Source: a virus | Direction: 5' to 3' (one strand) | Length of the DNA: 37,622 bases | UHGV virus genome: UHGV-0369712 | Shown here: one piece after another, positions 16,273-24,530 of the stretch | How positions within the stretch are numbered: position 1 is the stretch's first letter | How the letters are laid out: each line of letters opens with the position of its first letter | The notes under the pieces: generated by a model | Told to the model about the DNA's origin: nothing | The model's input: the letters and a program-made list of their open reading frames with translations, nothing else | Databases searched by the model: none | Position numbers and translations under genes: made by a program

Positions 16273-17109
16273 ATGGCTAATGAAAAAAAGACATCCCGCA
16301 AAAAGTTTCGCGTGGCTGTCTCCGGATCAACTGTTGATGGCCGTGAAATCAGTCCGGTGCATCTGCGTGAAGCCGCCGAGAACTTCAACCCGGATGTTTA
16401 CGCTGCCCGCGTGAACGTTGAGCACTATCTCTCGCCATGCCCGTCAAGCGAATTTTCCGCAATGGGCGATGTCACCGCACTGAGTACGGAAGACATTACG
16501 GAAGGTCCGCTGGCCGGACGTACTGCGCTGTATGCAGAAATCGAACCGACCGAGCGCATGAAGCAGCTTGTCGCGGACGGCAAGAAAATCTATTCCAGTA
16601 TCGAACTGCACCCGCAGTTCTCCGTTAACGGGCGCGCCTATCTGGTCGGGCTGGCGATGACCGACACCCCGGCAAGCCTGGGCACTGAGCGCCTGAAATT
16701 CACGGCACAGCAACGTCAGGCGGTAATGACGTTCAACAGTGTCCAGGGTGAAGCGCCGCTTATCTCTGAAGCCATCGAGTCTGAAATCATCGAAATGGCA
16801 GAACAACGCCAGGAAGAAGGCACCCAGTGGTTTAACCGCGTAATGGGGATTATTGGCCGTGGCCGCAAAGCGGATGACGCCAGTTTTTCCCGTATTCAGG
16901 AAGCGGTGGAAGGCGTCGCAACGTCACAGGCCGACATTATCGACCGTTTTAATGTGCTGGAAACCCGCCATCAGCAGGACCGCCAGAAAATTACGTCACT
17001 GACCACAGAGCTGACAGCACTGAAGGAAAAACTGCGCACGCAGGACGGCGATCCGCAGAACCGGTTCACCGCAACGGGCGCAGCCTCCGACCAGCTGGCT
17101 GACTTCTGA
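16273..17109 (+). CDS. O: capsid scaffolding protein (P2 gpO-like)
   Basis: From MANEKKTSRKKFRVAVSGSTVDGREISPVHLREAAENFNPDVY, resembling the P2 O N-terminus; GAGGGG RBS before ATG 16273 (track start is 16240). Confidence 0.85.
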   Translation: MANEKKTSRKKFRVAVSGSTVDGREISPVHLREAAENFNPDVYAARVNVEHYLSPCPSSEFSAMGDVTALSTEDITEGPLAGRTALYAEIEPTERMKQLVADGKKIYSSIELHPQFSVNGRAYLVGLAMTDTPASLGTERLKFTAQQRQAVMTFNSVQGEAPLISEAIESEIIEMAEQRQEEGTQWFNRVMGIIGRGRKADDASFSRIQEAVEGVATSQADIIDRFNVLETRHQQDRQKITSLTTELTALKEKLRTQDGDPQNRFTATGAASDQLADF

Positions 17110-17132
17110 TAAGACAAAGGAGCAAATTTTTT

Positions 17133-18185
17133 ATGAATCTGGTGATGTCAGATATTACCCGCAACAAGCTGGGTTGCTATATGGCGCAGCAGGCGTCGCT
17201 TAACAATATCCCGGTTTCTGCGCTGGTATCGCGATTTACCGTAGAACCCGCGGTGCAGCAGCGTTTTGAAAACGCCTCAAAGGAAAGTACCGAATTTACG
17301 AAAAGAATTAACGTGATCGGCGTGACCGACCAGAAAGGCGAAAAAATCCTCCTGGATACCACAGGACCGATTGCGCGCACGAATACCAGTTATGACGGAA
17401 CAAAACGCCGTAACCCGAATAACGTGGTTGATCTGAAAAACCGCAAATACCAGTGCGAACAGGTGAACTACGACACGTTTATTTCGTATCCGCAGCTTGA
17501 TGCCTGGTCGGCACACCCTGATTTTCAGTCACGCATCAGCGCACAGATTGCCCGACAGGTGGCGCTTGACCGCATCATGATCGGTTTCAACGGCACGTCT
17601 CACGCGGATGAGTCCAACTTCAGCACCAACAAGCTGCTTCAGGACGTTAACGTGGGCTGGCTGGAGCACATCAGAACCGACGCCAGCGAACGCGTTATGA
17701 ATGACGTGACGCTGACCTCCCGCAACATGGACAACACCGTGGCGCACGCGGGTAAGTATGCGAACGCTGATGCACTGGTACAGGACGCGCGTTCATCCCT
17801 GCTGGATGAATGGCACAAGGAAGCTGACGACCTCGTGGTGATCATGGGGCGCAACCTGTTTAACTCGCTGCGTCTGCCCGTGCTGAACAGCATCAGCGGC
17901 CAGAATCCCAATGCGGAATTACTCGCCGGGCAGCTCATCCTGTCATCGCGCACCATTGGCGGGCTGGGCGTGTTCCTTGCGCCGTTCTTCCCGGATGCAA
18001 CGATGCTTATCACCTCGTTCAACAACCTGTCGATTTACTGGCAGAAAGGTTCAATGCGTCGCCTGATGAAAGACGAGCCGGAATACAACCGCATCGCCAC
18101 CTACCAGTCCATCAATGACGCTTATGTCGTTGAAGACTATGGCAAGTGCGCGATGGTCACTGGCCTGAAGTTCGCCGACAGCTAA
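17133..18185 (+). CDS. N: major capsid protein (P2 gpN-like)
   Basis: 350 aa; position and length match P2 N; conserved stretches KFTVEP, GEKI, YVVEDY. Confidence 0.85.
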   Translation: MNLVMSDITRNKLGCYMAQQASLNNIPVSALVSRFTVEPAVQQRFENASKESTEFTKRINVIGVTDQKGEKILLDTTGPIARTNTSYDGTKRRNPNNVVDLKNRKYQCEQVNYDTFISYPQLDAWSAHPDFQSRISAQIARQVALDRIMIGFNGTSHADESNFSTNKLLQDVNVGWLEHIRTDASERVMNDVTLTSRNMDNTVAHAGKYANADALVQDARSSLLDEWHKEADDLVVIMGRNLFNSLRLPVLNSISGQNPNAELLAGQLILSSRTIGGLGVFLAPFFPDATMLITSFNNLSIYWQKGSMRRLMKDEPEYNRIATYQSINDAYVVEDYGKCAMVTGLKFADS

Positions 18186-18230
18186 TCAACTCACGGCGGG
18201 CATCATGCCCGCCTGTAACGGAGAGAACAA

Positions 18231-19031
18231 ATGATTACTCCTGCACAGCAACACTGGCAGAACGTGATGGCACAGCGAGCAGGCCGGGCGAATGAAGGCG
18301 TGGACCACGCCGCGCGTACCGCACATGAAGAGGTACTGTATCGTCTGCGTCTGGCACAGGCCCGGCTTAAGGGCGTACAGGCCAGAAGCGCGAAAGCCGC
18401 CATCAAAAAAGAGTTGTTGCCGGACTTTTCCGGCTGGATTGAGGGAACGCTGGAGGCTGACGGCGGACAGCAGGATGAAGTGATTGCCACGCTGATGGTG
18501 TGGGCGATTGACTGCGGCGATCTTCCGCTTGCGCTGCGTATTGGCGCGTATGTGGTCCGTCATAACCTCATCATGCCGGATAACTTTGGCCGTACTGCTG
18601 CCACAGTGCTGACCGAAGAAATCTGCAACCCGGTGCTGACGCAGGCCGGGACGGATGCCGACGCGGATTTGTCCGCCTTTATCGAACCACTGGACATCCT
18701 CCGGGAGATTGTCACAGACCAGGATATGCCGGACGAAGTACGCGCCAAATTATGCAAGGCGTGCGCCTTTGCCCGTCGTGGTCTGACCGATGCAGACAAC
18801 ATGGCCTTATCACTGAAGCTGCTGCGCGAAGCGATGCACCTGAACCCGAACGCAGGTGTGAAACGCGAGATTGCAACCCTTTCCCGCGCCCTGAAAAAAG
18901 CCGATTCCGCAGCCGCACCAGAAGACGCCAGCGCACAGCAGGCGCAGGACGAAAGCAGCAAAAGTAAAAAGACAACGCGGAAGCCTGCAACACGAAAAAC
19001 CACCGCGACGCAGAAGGCGAAGCGCGGTTAA
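18231..19031 (+). CDS. M: terminase small/endonuclease subunit (P2 gpM-like)
   Basis: 266 aa at the M position; Lys/Thr-rich basic C-terminus. Confidence 0.8.
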   Translation: MITPAQQHWQNVMAQRAGRANEGVDHAARTAHEEVLYRLRLAQARLKGVQARSAKAAIKKELLPDFSGWIEGTLEADGGQQDEVIATLMVWAIDCGDLPLALRIGAYVVRHNLIMPDNFGRTAATVLTEEICNPVLTQAGTDADADLSAFIEPLDILREIVTDQDMPDEVRAKLCKACAFARRGLTDADNMALSLKLLREAMHLNPNAGVKREIATLSRALKKADSAAAPEDASAQQAQDESSKSKKTTRKPATRKTTATQKAKRG

Positions 19032-19124
19032 CGACTGACCCCGTCAGCGGGCGGCGTGCGCGGTGTTCCGGTTTGACTCCGTGACCGTTTACACCGCGCA
19101 CCCACCGCCCGATTTTTTTCAGGA

Positions 19125-19628
19125 GTGAACCCCATGAGTATGGTTGCCAGAACTGAACCCAGACCCGCAGAGGACGACATCACCGATACCGATGATGGCG
19201 ATACCCGCATTTCAGCGGGTGCATTCTGGCCGGATATTGTGTTGCGCGAGCTGCGTCTGGCGGTACGACTGCCGGGGCGCGTGACCACTTCCCGCCTGCT
19301 ACATACCGCCACCGGAGCTGTGGCACACGTTACCCGCGAGCTGGAAGCATGGCAGCAGGAACAGCAGGCGGCTGGCCATCAGACGCTGGCCGATGTTCCG
19401 GCACCCGTAATTAACGGAGAAAGCGTCAATCTCTGGCACTGGCGCAATGCTGTTTATACCGCCACGCGCGCCCTGATTCTGGAGCGTTATCGTGATGCAG
19501 ACACAACGGACAAGGGCGACCGCCGGGCGGACGCTCTGGATATACAGACATCGGATTTGTGGCGTGATGTGAGCTGGGCCATCTCTGACATTCTGTGCCG
19601 CCCGCGAATCTTTGCGGAGTTGTGCTGA
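19125..19628 (+). CDS. L: head completion/stabilisation protein (P2 gpL-like)
   Basis: 167 aa (P2 L is 169 aa); stop overlaps the X start (TGATG). Confidence 0.8.
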   Translation: MNPMSMVARTEPRPAEDDITDTDDGDTRISAGAFWPDIVLRELRLAVRLPGRVTTSRLLHTATGAVAHVTRELEAWQQEQQAAGHQTLADVPAPVINGESVNLWHWRNAVYTATRALILERYRDADTTDKGDRRADALDIQTSDLWRDVSWAISDILCRPRIFAELC

Positions 19629-19828
19629 TGAAAGTGAAGGCACTGGAAGGCGACACCGTGGATTCGCTCTGTTTCCGGTACTACGGCACGACGCAGGGCG
19701 TCACCGAAAAGGTGCTGGATGCCAACCCCGGACTCTGTCAGCAGGTATTTCTGGACGCCGGGCAGGAAGTGGAGATGCCGGAGCCGGAGAAGAAGAAACG
19801 AGAAATGATTCAGTTGTGGGGGGCGTAG
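19628..19828 (+). CDS. X: tail protein X (P2 gpX-like)
   Basis: 66 aa from MKVKALEGDTVDSLCFRYYG...ANPGL, resembling P2 X (67 aa); ATG at 19628. Confidence 0.8.
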   Translation: MKVKALEGDTVDSLCFRYYGTTQGVTEKVLDANPGLCQQVFLDAGQEVEMPEPEKKKREMIQLWGA

Positions 19829-19830
19829 CA

Positions 19831-20154
19831 GTGAGCACCATTCAAACAGGGATCACAGAGCAGGTTATTGCGTGGCTCTTTGACCACCTGCCAACGGTGT
19901 ATGCAGTAGGCGCGGCGGTCAGCATTTCCGCGCTGATGAGTCTTTATGACGGACGAACACTGGTTCAGACCGTAACGGGATCGCTGGCGTGCGGCGTTCT
20001 TGCCATGGCCGTGGCCGGGTCGTTGCGCTTCTTCGGTTTTCCTGAAGATGCCGTGACGTTTATCGGCGCATCAATCGGTTTTATGGGGGCAGAGAAAGCA
20101 CGCGACAAGGTTATTGCGGCCTTTAATCGCAGGGTGAAGGAGAAGGACGAATGA
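19831..20154 (+). CDS. holin (lysis cassette)
   Basis: GTG start with GGGG RBS; 107 aa with hydrophobic TM segments and a charged C-terminus; directly upstream of the endolysin with an ATGA overlap. Confidence 0.6.
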   Translation: MSTIQTGITEQVIAWLFDHLPTVYAVGAAVSISALMSLYDGRTLVQTVTGSLACGVLAMAVAGSLRFFGFPEDAVTFIGASIGFMGAEKARDKVIAAFNRRVKEKDE

Positions 20155-20543
20155 GCAACACATTTAAATTCAGCAGCCGGAGCGAAAAGAATTTGCAGGG
20201 CGTAAATCCTGATCTGGTGAAAGTGACCCGACGGGCACTGGAAATCTCGGAAGTGGATTTTGGTATCACCGAAGGGTTGCGCAGCCGTTACCGCCAGAAG
20301 CAACTGGTGACCACGGGTAAGAGCCAGACCATGAACAGCCGCCACCTTACGGGGCATGCCGTGGATGTTGTGGCTTATATCGGCAGCCAGGTGTCATGGG
20401 AATGGCCGCTGTACGAAAAAATCGCAGCAGCATTCAGACAGGCCAGCCGGGAACTGAATATTCCGGTGGAATGGGGCGGCGACTGGAAAACCCTGAAAGA
20501 CGGACCGCATTTTCAGTTACCACACGGAGCCTATCCGGCATGA
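20151..20543 (+). CDS. endolysin, peptidase M15-type (L-alanyl-D-glutamate endopeptidase-like), not the P2 gpK lysozyme type
   Basis: 130 aa; NSRHLTGHAVDVVAY and PHFQLPH motifs consistent with zinc-peptidase M15 phage endolysins; sits between holin and spanins. Confidence 0.7.
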   Translation: MSNTFKFSSRSEKNLQGVNPDLVKVTRRALEISEVDFGITEGLRSRYRQKQLVTTGKSQTMNSRHLTGHAVDVVAYIGSQVSWEWPLYEKIAAAFRQASRELNIPVEWGGDWKTLKDGPHFQLPHGAYPA

Positions 20544-20947
20544 AGCTCTGGCCCACGCTTGGCGTCGCTTTCCTTCTGATTGCCGGATGGGGAACATCCA
20601 TGCGTCTGTCGTGGTCGCTGGGCCGGGAGAACGCCAGAAACGAAGCGCAGGCCAGCACCCTGAAAAGTACCGCCGACACCCTGAATATCATTAGCGCCGG
20701 GGTACAGGATATGCAGCAGGTGCTGGCACAACTCCGCGTGGAAAATCAACAGAGAAATCAGGACGGAGAGGCCAGACGTGAACAGCTACGCAACGATATT
20801 GCAAAAGATGAATGCGCCCACGCTTTGCCTGACGCTCGTTTTACTGACAGGTTGCGCAGGCACGCAGAACGCGCCACGGCCAGCGCCGTCAGTCCGGCTT
20901 ATACCGCAGACGCTGACCATACCGGTAATGCCTCCCCCCTTCCCTGA
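20540..20947 (+). CDS. lysB: i-spanin (Rz / LysB-like)
   Basis: 135 aa; N-terminal TM MKLWPTLGVAFLLIAGW followed by a coiled-coil periplasmic domain; ATGA overlap with the endolysin stop. Confidence 0.7.
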   Translation: MKLWPTLGVAFLLIAGWGTSMRLSWSLGRENARNEAQASTLKSTADTLNIISAGVQDMQQVLAQLRVENQQRNQDGEARREQLRNDIAKDECAHALPDARFTDRLRRHAERATASAVSPAYTADADHTGNASPLP

Positions 20948-21098
20948 AACTCCCACATGGGGAAATCTCGGTATATGGGGCGACCGCCTTCTGGATGCAC
21001 TTGAAACCTGTAACGCGGATAAACGGGCCATTGAATTACTGGAACAGCGCAGGCTGCAACGACTGAACAACGAGGATAACAACCATGCTGAAAACTGA
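20808..21098 (+). CDS. lysC: o-spanin lipoprotein (Rz1 / LysC-like) nested out of frame in, and extending beyond, the i-spanin gene
   Basis: MNAPTLCLTLVLLTGCAG lipobox; proline-rich; +1 frame relative to lysB, a P2-type overlapped arrangement. Confidence 0.65.
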   Translation: MNAPTLCLTLVLLTGCAGTQNAPRPAPSVRLIPQTLTIPVMPPPFPETPTWGNLGIWGDRLLDALETCNADKRAIELLEQRRLQRLNNEDNNHAEN

Positions 21099-21552
21099 TT
21101 CCCTGCGTGAAGCCATGACCCGTTCATGCCGATGGTGTCAGGCTAACCCGGAAAAATTCACCATTTTCGTGGAGAGCGGCAACATTGAAACGACCGGAGA
21201 AACGCCCTCGTTTGTTTACCGCTATCAGATGGTGATGTTTGTCATGGATTACGCAGGAGAGCTGGACGACCTCACGCTGCCGCTGCTGGCGTGGTTATCC
21301 GAAAATCAGCCACAGTTGTTGCTCAATCCGGAGCGTAATCAGGACATCAAATTTTCCGCCGTTATCAATGACGATGACAGCGCCGATCTCCTGTTTACGC
21401 TCCCCCTGCGGGAACGCGTTCGCATCACGCGCAACAGTCAGGGCACACCGCAGGCAGAACACCTGCCGGAGCCAAAACCCCGTCTGCCCTCTTCCGAAGG
21501 CGACTGGTCGCATGTATTCCAGGATGTGACGTGGGGTGAAAGCGATGGATAA
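21085..21552 (+). CDS. R: tail completion protein (P2 gpR-like)
   Basis: 155 aa, same length as P2 R, at the R position. Confidence 0.8.
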   Translation: MLKTDSLREAMTRSCRWCQANPEKFTIFVESGNIETTGETPSFVYRYQMVMFVMDYAGELDDLTLPLLAWLSENQPQLLLNPERNQDIKFSAVINDDDSADLLFTLPLRERVRITRNSQGTPQAEHLPEPKPRLPSSEGDWSHVFQDVTWGESDG

Positions 21553-22180
21553 GGCATTCACCCGCGTGGATGAAACCTTTGAGGCCATCCGCGACAGCCT
21601 GAATCAGCAGGCCATCAATAACATCGCCAGAAAGCTGGCACAGGATTTACGCCGCGCCCAGCAGGCACGTATCCGGTCACAGAAAGCGCCGGACGGGACC
21701 GCGTGGACACCTCGCAGACGCCGCGTAACCCGGATACAGGAGCGCATTCGCTTTATCTGGAATAACGAAGCACGCACGCTGAAAAACTGGCATCACGACA
21801 CGGGGAAATACGGGCGAACCATTACCGGGTGGGATGAGGATAAAAACAATATCCGCACGTTTTACCGGGATGACATCGACCGTTTTCTGGAAATACGCAC
21901 CCGGCGCATCAACCAGGACAGCACAAAGCGCGTCCCCATGTTCGTAAAACTGCGCACCGCCCGCTACCTGAAAGCCCGTGCAGATGCTTCCGGTGTGACG
22001 GTGGGTTACAGCGGCGTGGCCGCACGTATTGCACGCGTTCATCAGTTCGGTGAGCGCGATCAGGTTGCGCCGGGCATTTTCACCGATTACCCGGTACGTG
22101 AGCTGCTGGGTATCAGCCAGGCAGATGAACGCCTGATTTATAACACGGTGCTGGGCCGGATTGCGGAGGCTGTACGGTGA
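21545..22180 (+). CDS. S: tail completion protein (P2 gpS-like)
   Basis: ATG at 21545 overlaps the R end; about 211 aa. Confidence 0.75.
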   Translation: MDKAFTRVDETFEAIRDSLNQQAINNIARKLAQDLRRAQQARIRSQKAPDGTAWTPRRRRVTRIQERIRFIWNNEARTLKNWHHDTGKYGRTITGWDEDKNNIRTFYRDDIDRFLEIRTRRINQDSTKRVPMFVKLRTARYLKARADASGVTVGYSGVAARIARVHQFGERDQVAPGIFTDYPVRELLGISQADERLIYNTVLGRIAEAVR

Positions 22181-22758
22181 GCGCAGAACTCATGCGACTG
22201 CTGAGCAACATCATTCGCACCGGGATCATCTCTGAAGTTGATGAGAAGTCCTGGCGCGTGCGCGTTCGCAGCGGCGAACTGGAAACAGGCTGGTTGCGCT
22301 GGAACACCACGCGCGCGGGAGCCTTCAATGTGTGGCTGCCGCCATCACCAGGCGAACAGGTGGTAATTGCCTGCATTGGCGGCAACCCGGAAACCGCCAT
22401 GATAATTGGCAGCCTGTGGAGTGATGCCATTCCGGCCCCCGGCAAAAGCCTGAAAGAAATCGTGGTCAGCGCGCCGGATGGCGCGGTGTTCCGCTACGAC
22501 GCGGCCGCAGGCGCACTGAGCGCCAGCGGCATGAAAACAGCCACCCTGCAGGCATCCGTCAGTGTGACACTGGATACGCCTGTCGTGGAATGCACAGACC
22601 TTCTGAGAACAGCGACGCTTGACGTCACAAAAGGGGGAACGATGAGCGGCAATATCACGCACAGCGGCGGCAATTTCACCTCAAACGGCATCACAGTGCA
22701 TACGCATAAACACGGTGGCGTTAAAGGTGGCAGCGATTCGACAGGAGGCCCGCAGTGA
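22177..22758 (+). CDS. V: baseplate spike / assembly protein (P2 gpV-like)
   Basis: 193 aa; IRTGII...G...WL.W and C-terminal THKH motif as in P2 V; GTG start overlapping the S stop. Confidence 0.85.
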   Translation: MSAELMRLLSNIIRTGIISEVDEKSWRVRVRSGELETGWLRWNTTRAGAFNVWLPPSPGEQVVIACIGGNPETAMIIGSLWSDAIPAPGKSLKEIVVSAPDGAVFRYDAAAGALSASGMKTATLQASVSVTLDTPVVECTDLLRTATLDVTKGGTMSGNITHSGGNFTSNGITVHTHKHGGVKGGSDSTGGPQ

Positions 22759-23105
22759 CAACCCGCTACACAGGAATGAACCAGGACGGAACGGGAAACC
22801 TGAACGATATGGAGCACCTGAAACAGTCAGTCAGGGACATCCTGACCACCCCGCTGGCCAGCCGGGTTATGCGACGGGAATATGGCAGCCTTGTGCCTGA
22901 TTTGATTGACGAACCCATGAATAACACCACGCGTCTGCAATGCATGAGTGCTGCCGTGATTGCGCTGACACGATGGGAACCCCGCATTGCCCTGGATGCC
23001 ATCGACGTTGTCTGGAAAGCGGGAGGCCGCGCCGGGGTGACGCTGTCGGGCACTGTCATGCAGACCATGCAGAATGTTGAGTTAACCATCACGCTGAGGG
23101 AGTAA
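22755..23105 (+). CDS. W: baseplate wedge protein (P2 gpW, GPW/gp25 family)
   Basis: 116 aa (P2 W is 115 aa) at the W position. Confidence 0.85.
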   Translation: MTTRYTGMNQDGTGNLNDMEHLKQSVRDILTTPLASRVMRREYGSLVPDLIDEPMNNTTRLQCMSAAVIALTRWEPRIALDAIDVVWKAGGRAGVTLSGTVMQTMQNVELTITLRE

Positions 23106-23108
23106 ATC

Positions 23109-24005
23109 ATGCCCGCCGTTGACCTTTCCCAGTTACCGGACCCCGCCATCATCGCGGAGCCTGACTTTGAAGCAATTCTGGCTGACACAAAAGCCATGAT
23201 GATTGCGTCCTATCCCGCCGAACAGCGTGAAGCCGTTTCCGCCGCGCTGGAGCTGGAATCGGAACCCCTTAACGTTATCGCTCAAACCATGTCGTTTCGT
23301 GAAATGCTGTTACGCCAGCGGGTTAATGAGGGCGCACGCGCCTGTATGTTAAGCCACGGTTCAGGGACAAACCTGGACAACCTCGCGGGCAATATGAACA
23401 CAAAGCGCCTGGTTATCACTCCGGCAACGGATACCACCGACGCGGTGATGGAGAGCGACACCTCGCTGAGACTGCGGGCGCAGCGGGCGTACGACGGCCT
23501 GAGTGTTGCTGGCCCGTCAGGTGCATACGAGTATTTTGCCCGCAGCGCCAGCGGTCTGGTGCGTGATGCGCGGGCTATCAGTCCGTCTCCGGCCAACGTG
23601 ACGGTTTCCATCCTGTCCACTGAAGGCGACGGCACAGCAACGGAGGCGTTGCTTAATACCGTTCGCGCCGTTCTGAATGCAGAGGATACCCGCCCGGTGG
23701 CCGACCGCCTTACTGTACAGAGCGCCAGAATCGTGACATGGCGGCTGAATGCAAAACTGTACTTTTACCCCGGCCCGGAATCCGAACCTATTCTGGCCGC
23801 GGCGGAATCGTCATTCAGGAAGTGGCTGGCTGAACAGGGGCTTATCGGTCAGGACGTGGCGTTGTCCGCCATTGCTGCCGCACTGCATGTGCACGGTGTG
23901 CAACGCGTGGAGATAATCGAACCCACACAGAATATGGCCATCAGCGACATACAGGCGGCGCGCTGTGAGTCATTCACCATCAGCGAAGGTGGGCGCAATG
24001 AGTAA
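23109..24005 (+). CDS. J: baseplate protein (P2 gpJ-like)
   Basis: 298 aa (P2 J is ~302 aa), ordered after W. Confidence 0.85.
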   Translation: MPAVDLSQLPDPAIIAEPDFEAILADTKAMMIASYPAEQREAVSAALELESEPLNVIAQTMSFREMLLRQRVNEGARACMLSHGSGTNLDNLAGNMNTKRLVITPATDTTDAVMESDTSLRLRAQRAYDGLSVAGPSGAYEYFARSASGLVRDARAISPSPANVTVSILSTEGDGTATEALLNTVRAVLNAEDTRPVADRLTVQSARIVTWRLNAKLYFYPGPESEPILAAAESSFRKWLAEQGLIGQDVALSAIAAALHVHGVQRVEIIEPTQNMAISDIQAARCESFTISEGGRNE

Positions 24006-24528
24006 TTCGTTGTTACCACCATCAGCCAGCAATTTCATGCGTTGCGCCGAAGCCGTCGGAACACGCATTACAGACATTCCGGTAGACCTCAACACGCTGT
24101 GGTCGCCGGACACATGCCCGGCGCATCTGCTGCCTTATCTCGCCTGGGCGTTTTCCGTTGACCGCTGGGATCGCAACTGGCCGGAAGAGACAAAGCGACA
24201 GGTGATTCGTGATGCATGGCTGATACACCGACACAAGGGAACCATCAGCGCACTGCGCCGGGCCATTGAGCCGCTGGGATACCTCATTCGCGTGTCTGAG
24301 TGGTGGGAGTTCGGCGGAGAACCGGGAACATTTACCGTTGAAGTCGGCACGCTGGACAGTGGCGTGACGGAGGAAATGTATCTGGAAATGGAGCGGTTGA
24401 TAGCTGATGCCCGCCCGGTCAGCCGCCACATGACAGGGCTGAATATCATTCAGGAAATTCCGGGAGATATTTTCGCGGCGGCAGCAACTTATGACGGTGA
24501 AGTTATTACCATTTATCCGGACGATTAA
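23998..24528 (+). CDS. I: baseplate / tail-fibre attachment protein (P2 gpI-like)
   Basis: 176 aa from MSNSLLPPSASNF; ATG overlaps the J stop. Confidence 0.8.
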   Translation: MSNSLLPPSASNFMRCAEAVGTRITDIPVDLNTLWSPDTCPAHLLPYLAWAFSVDRWDRNWPEETKRQVIRDAWLIHRHKGTISALRRAIEPLGYLIRVSEWWEFGGEPGTFTVEVGTLDSGVTEEMYLEMERLIADARPVSRHMTGLNIIQEIPGDIFAAAATYDGEVITIYPDD

Positions 24529-24530
24529 GC

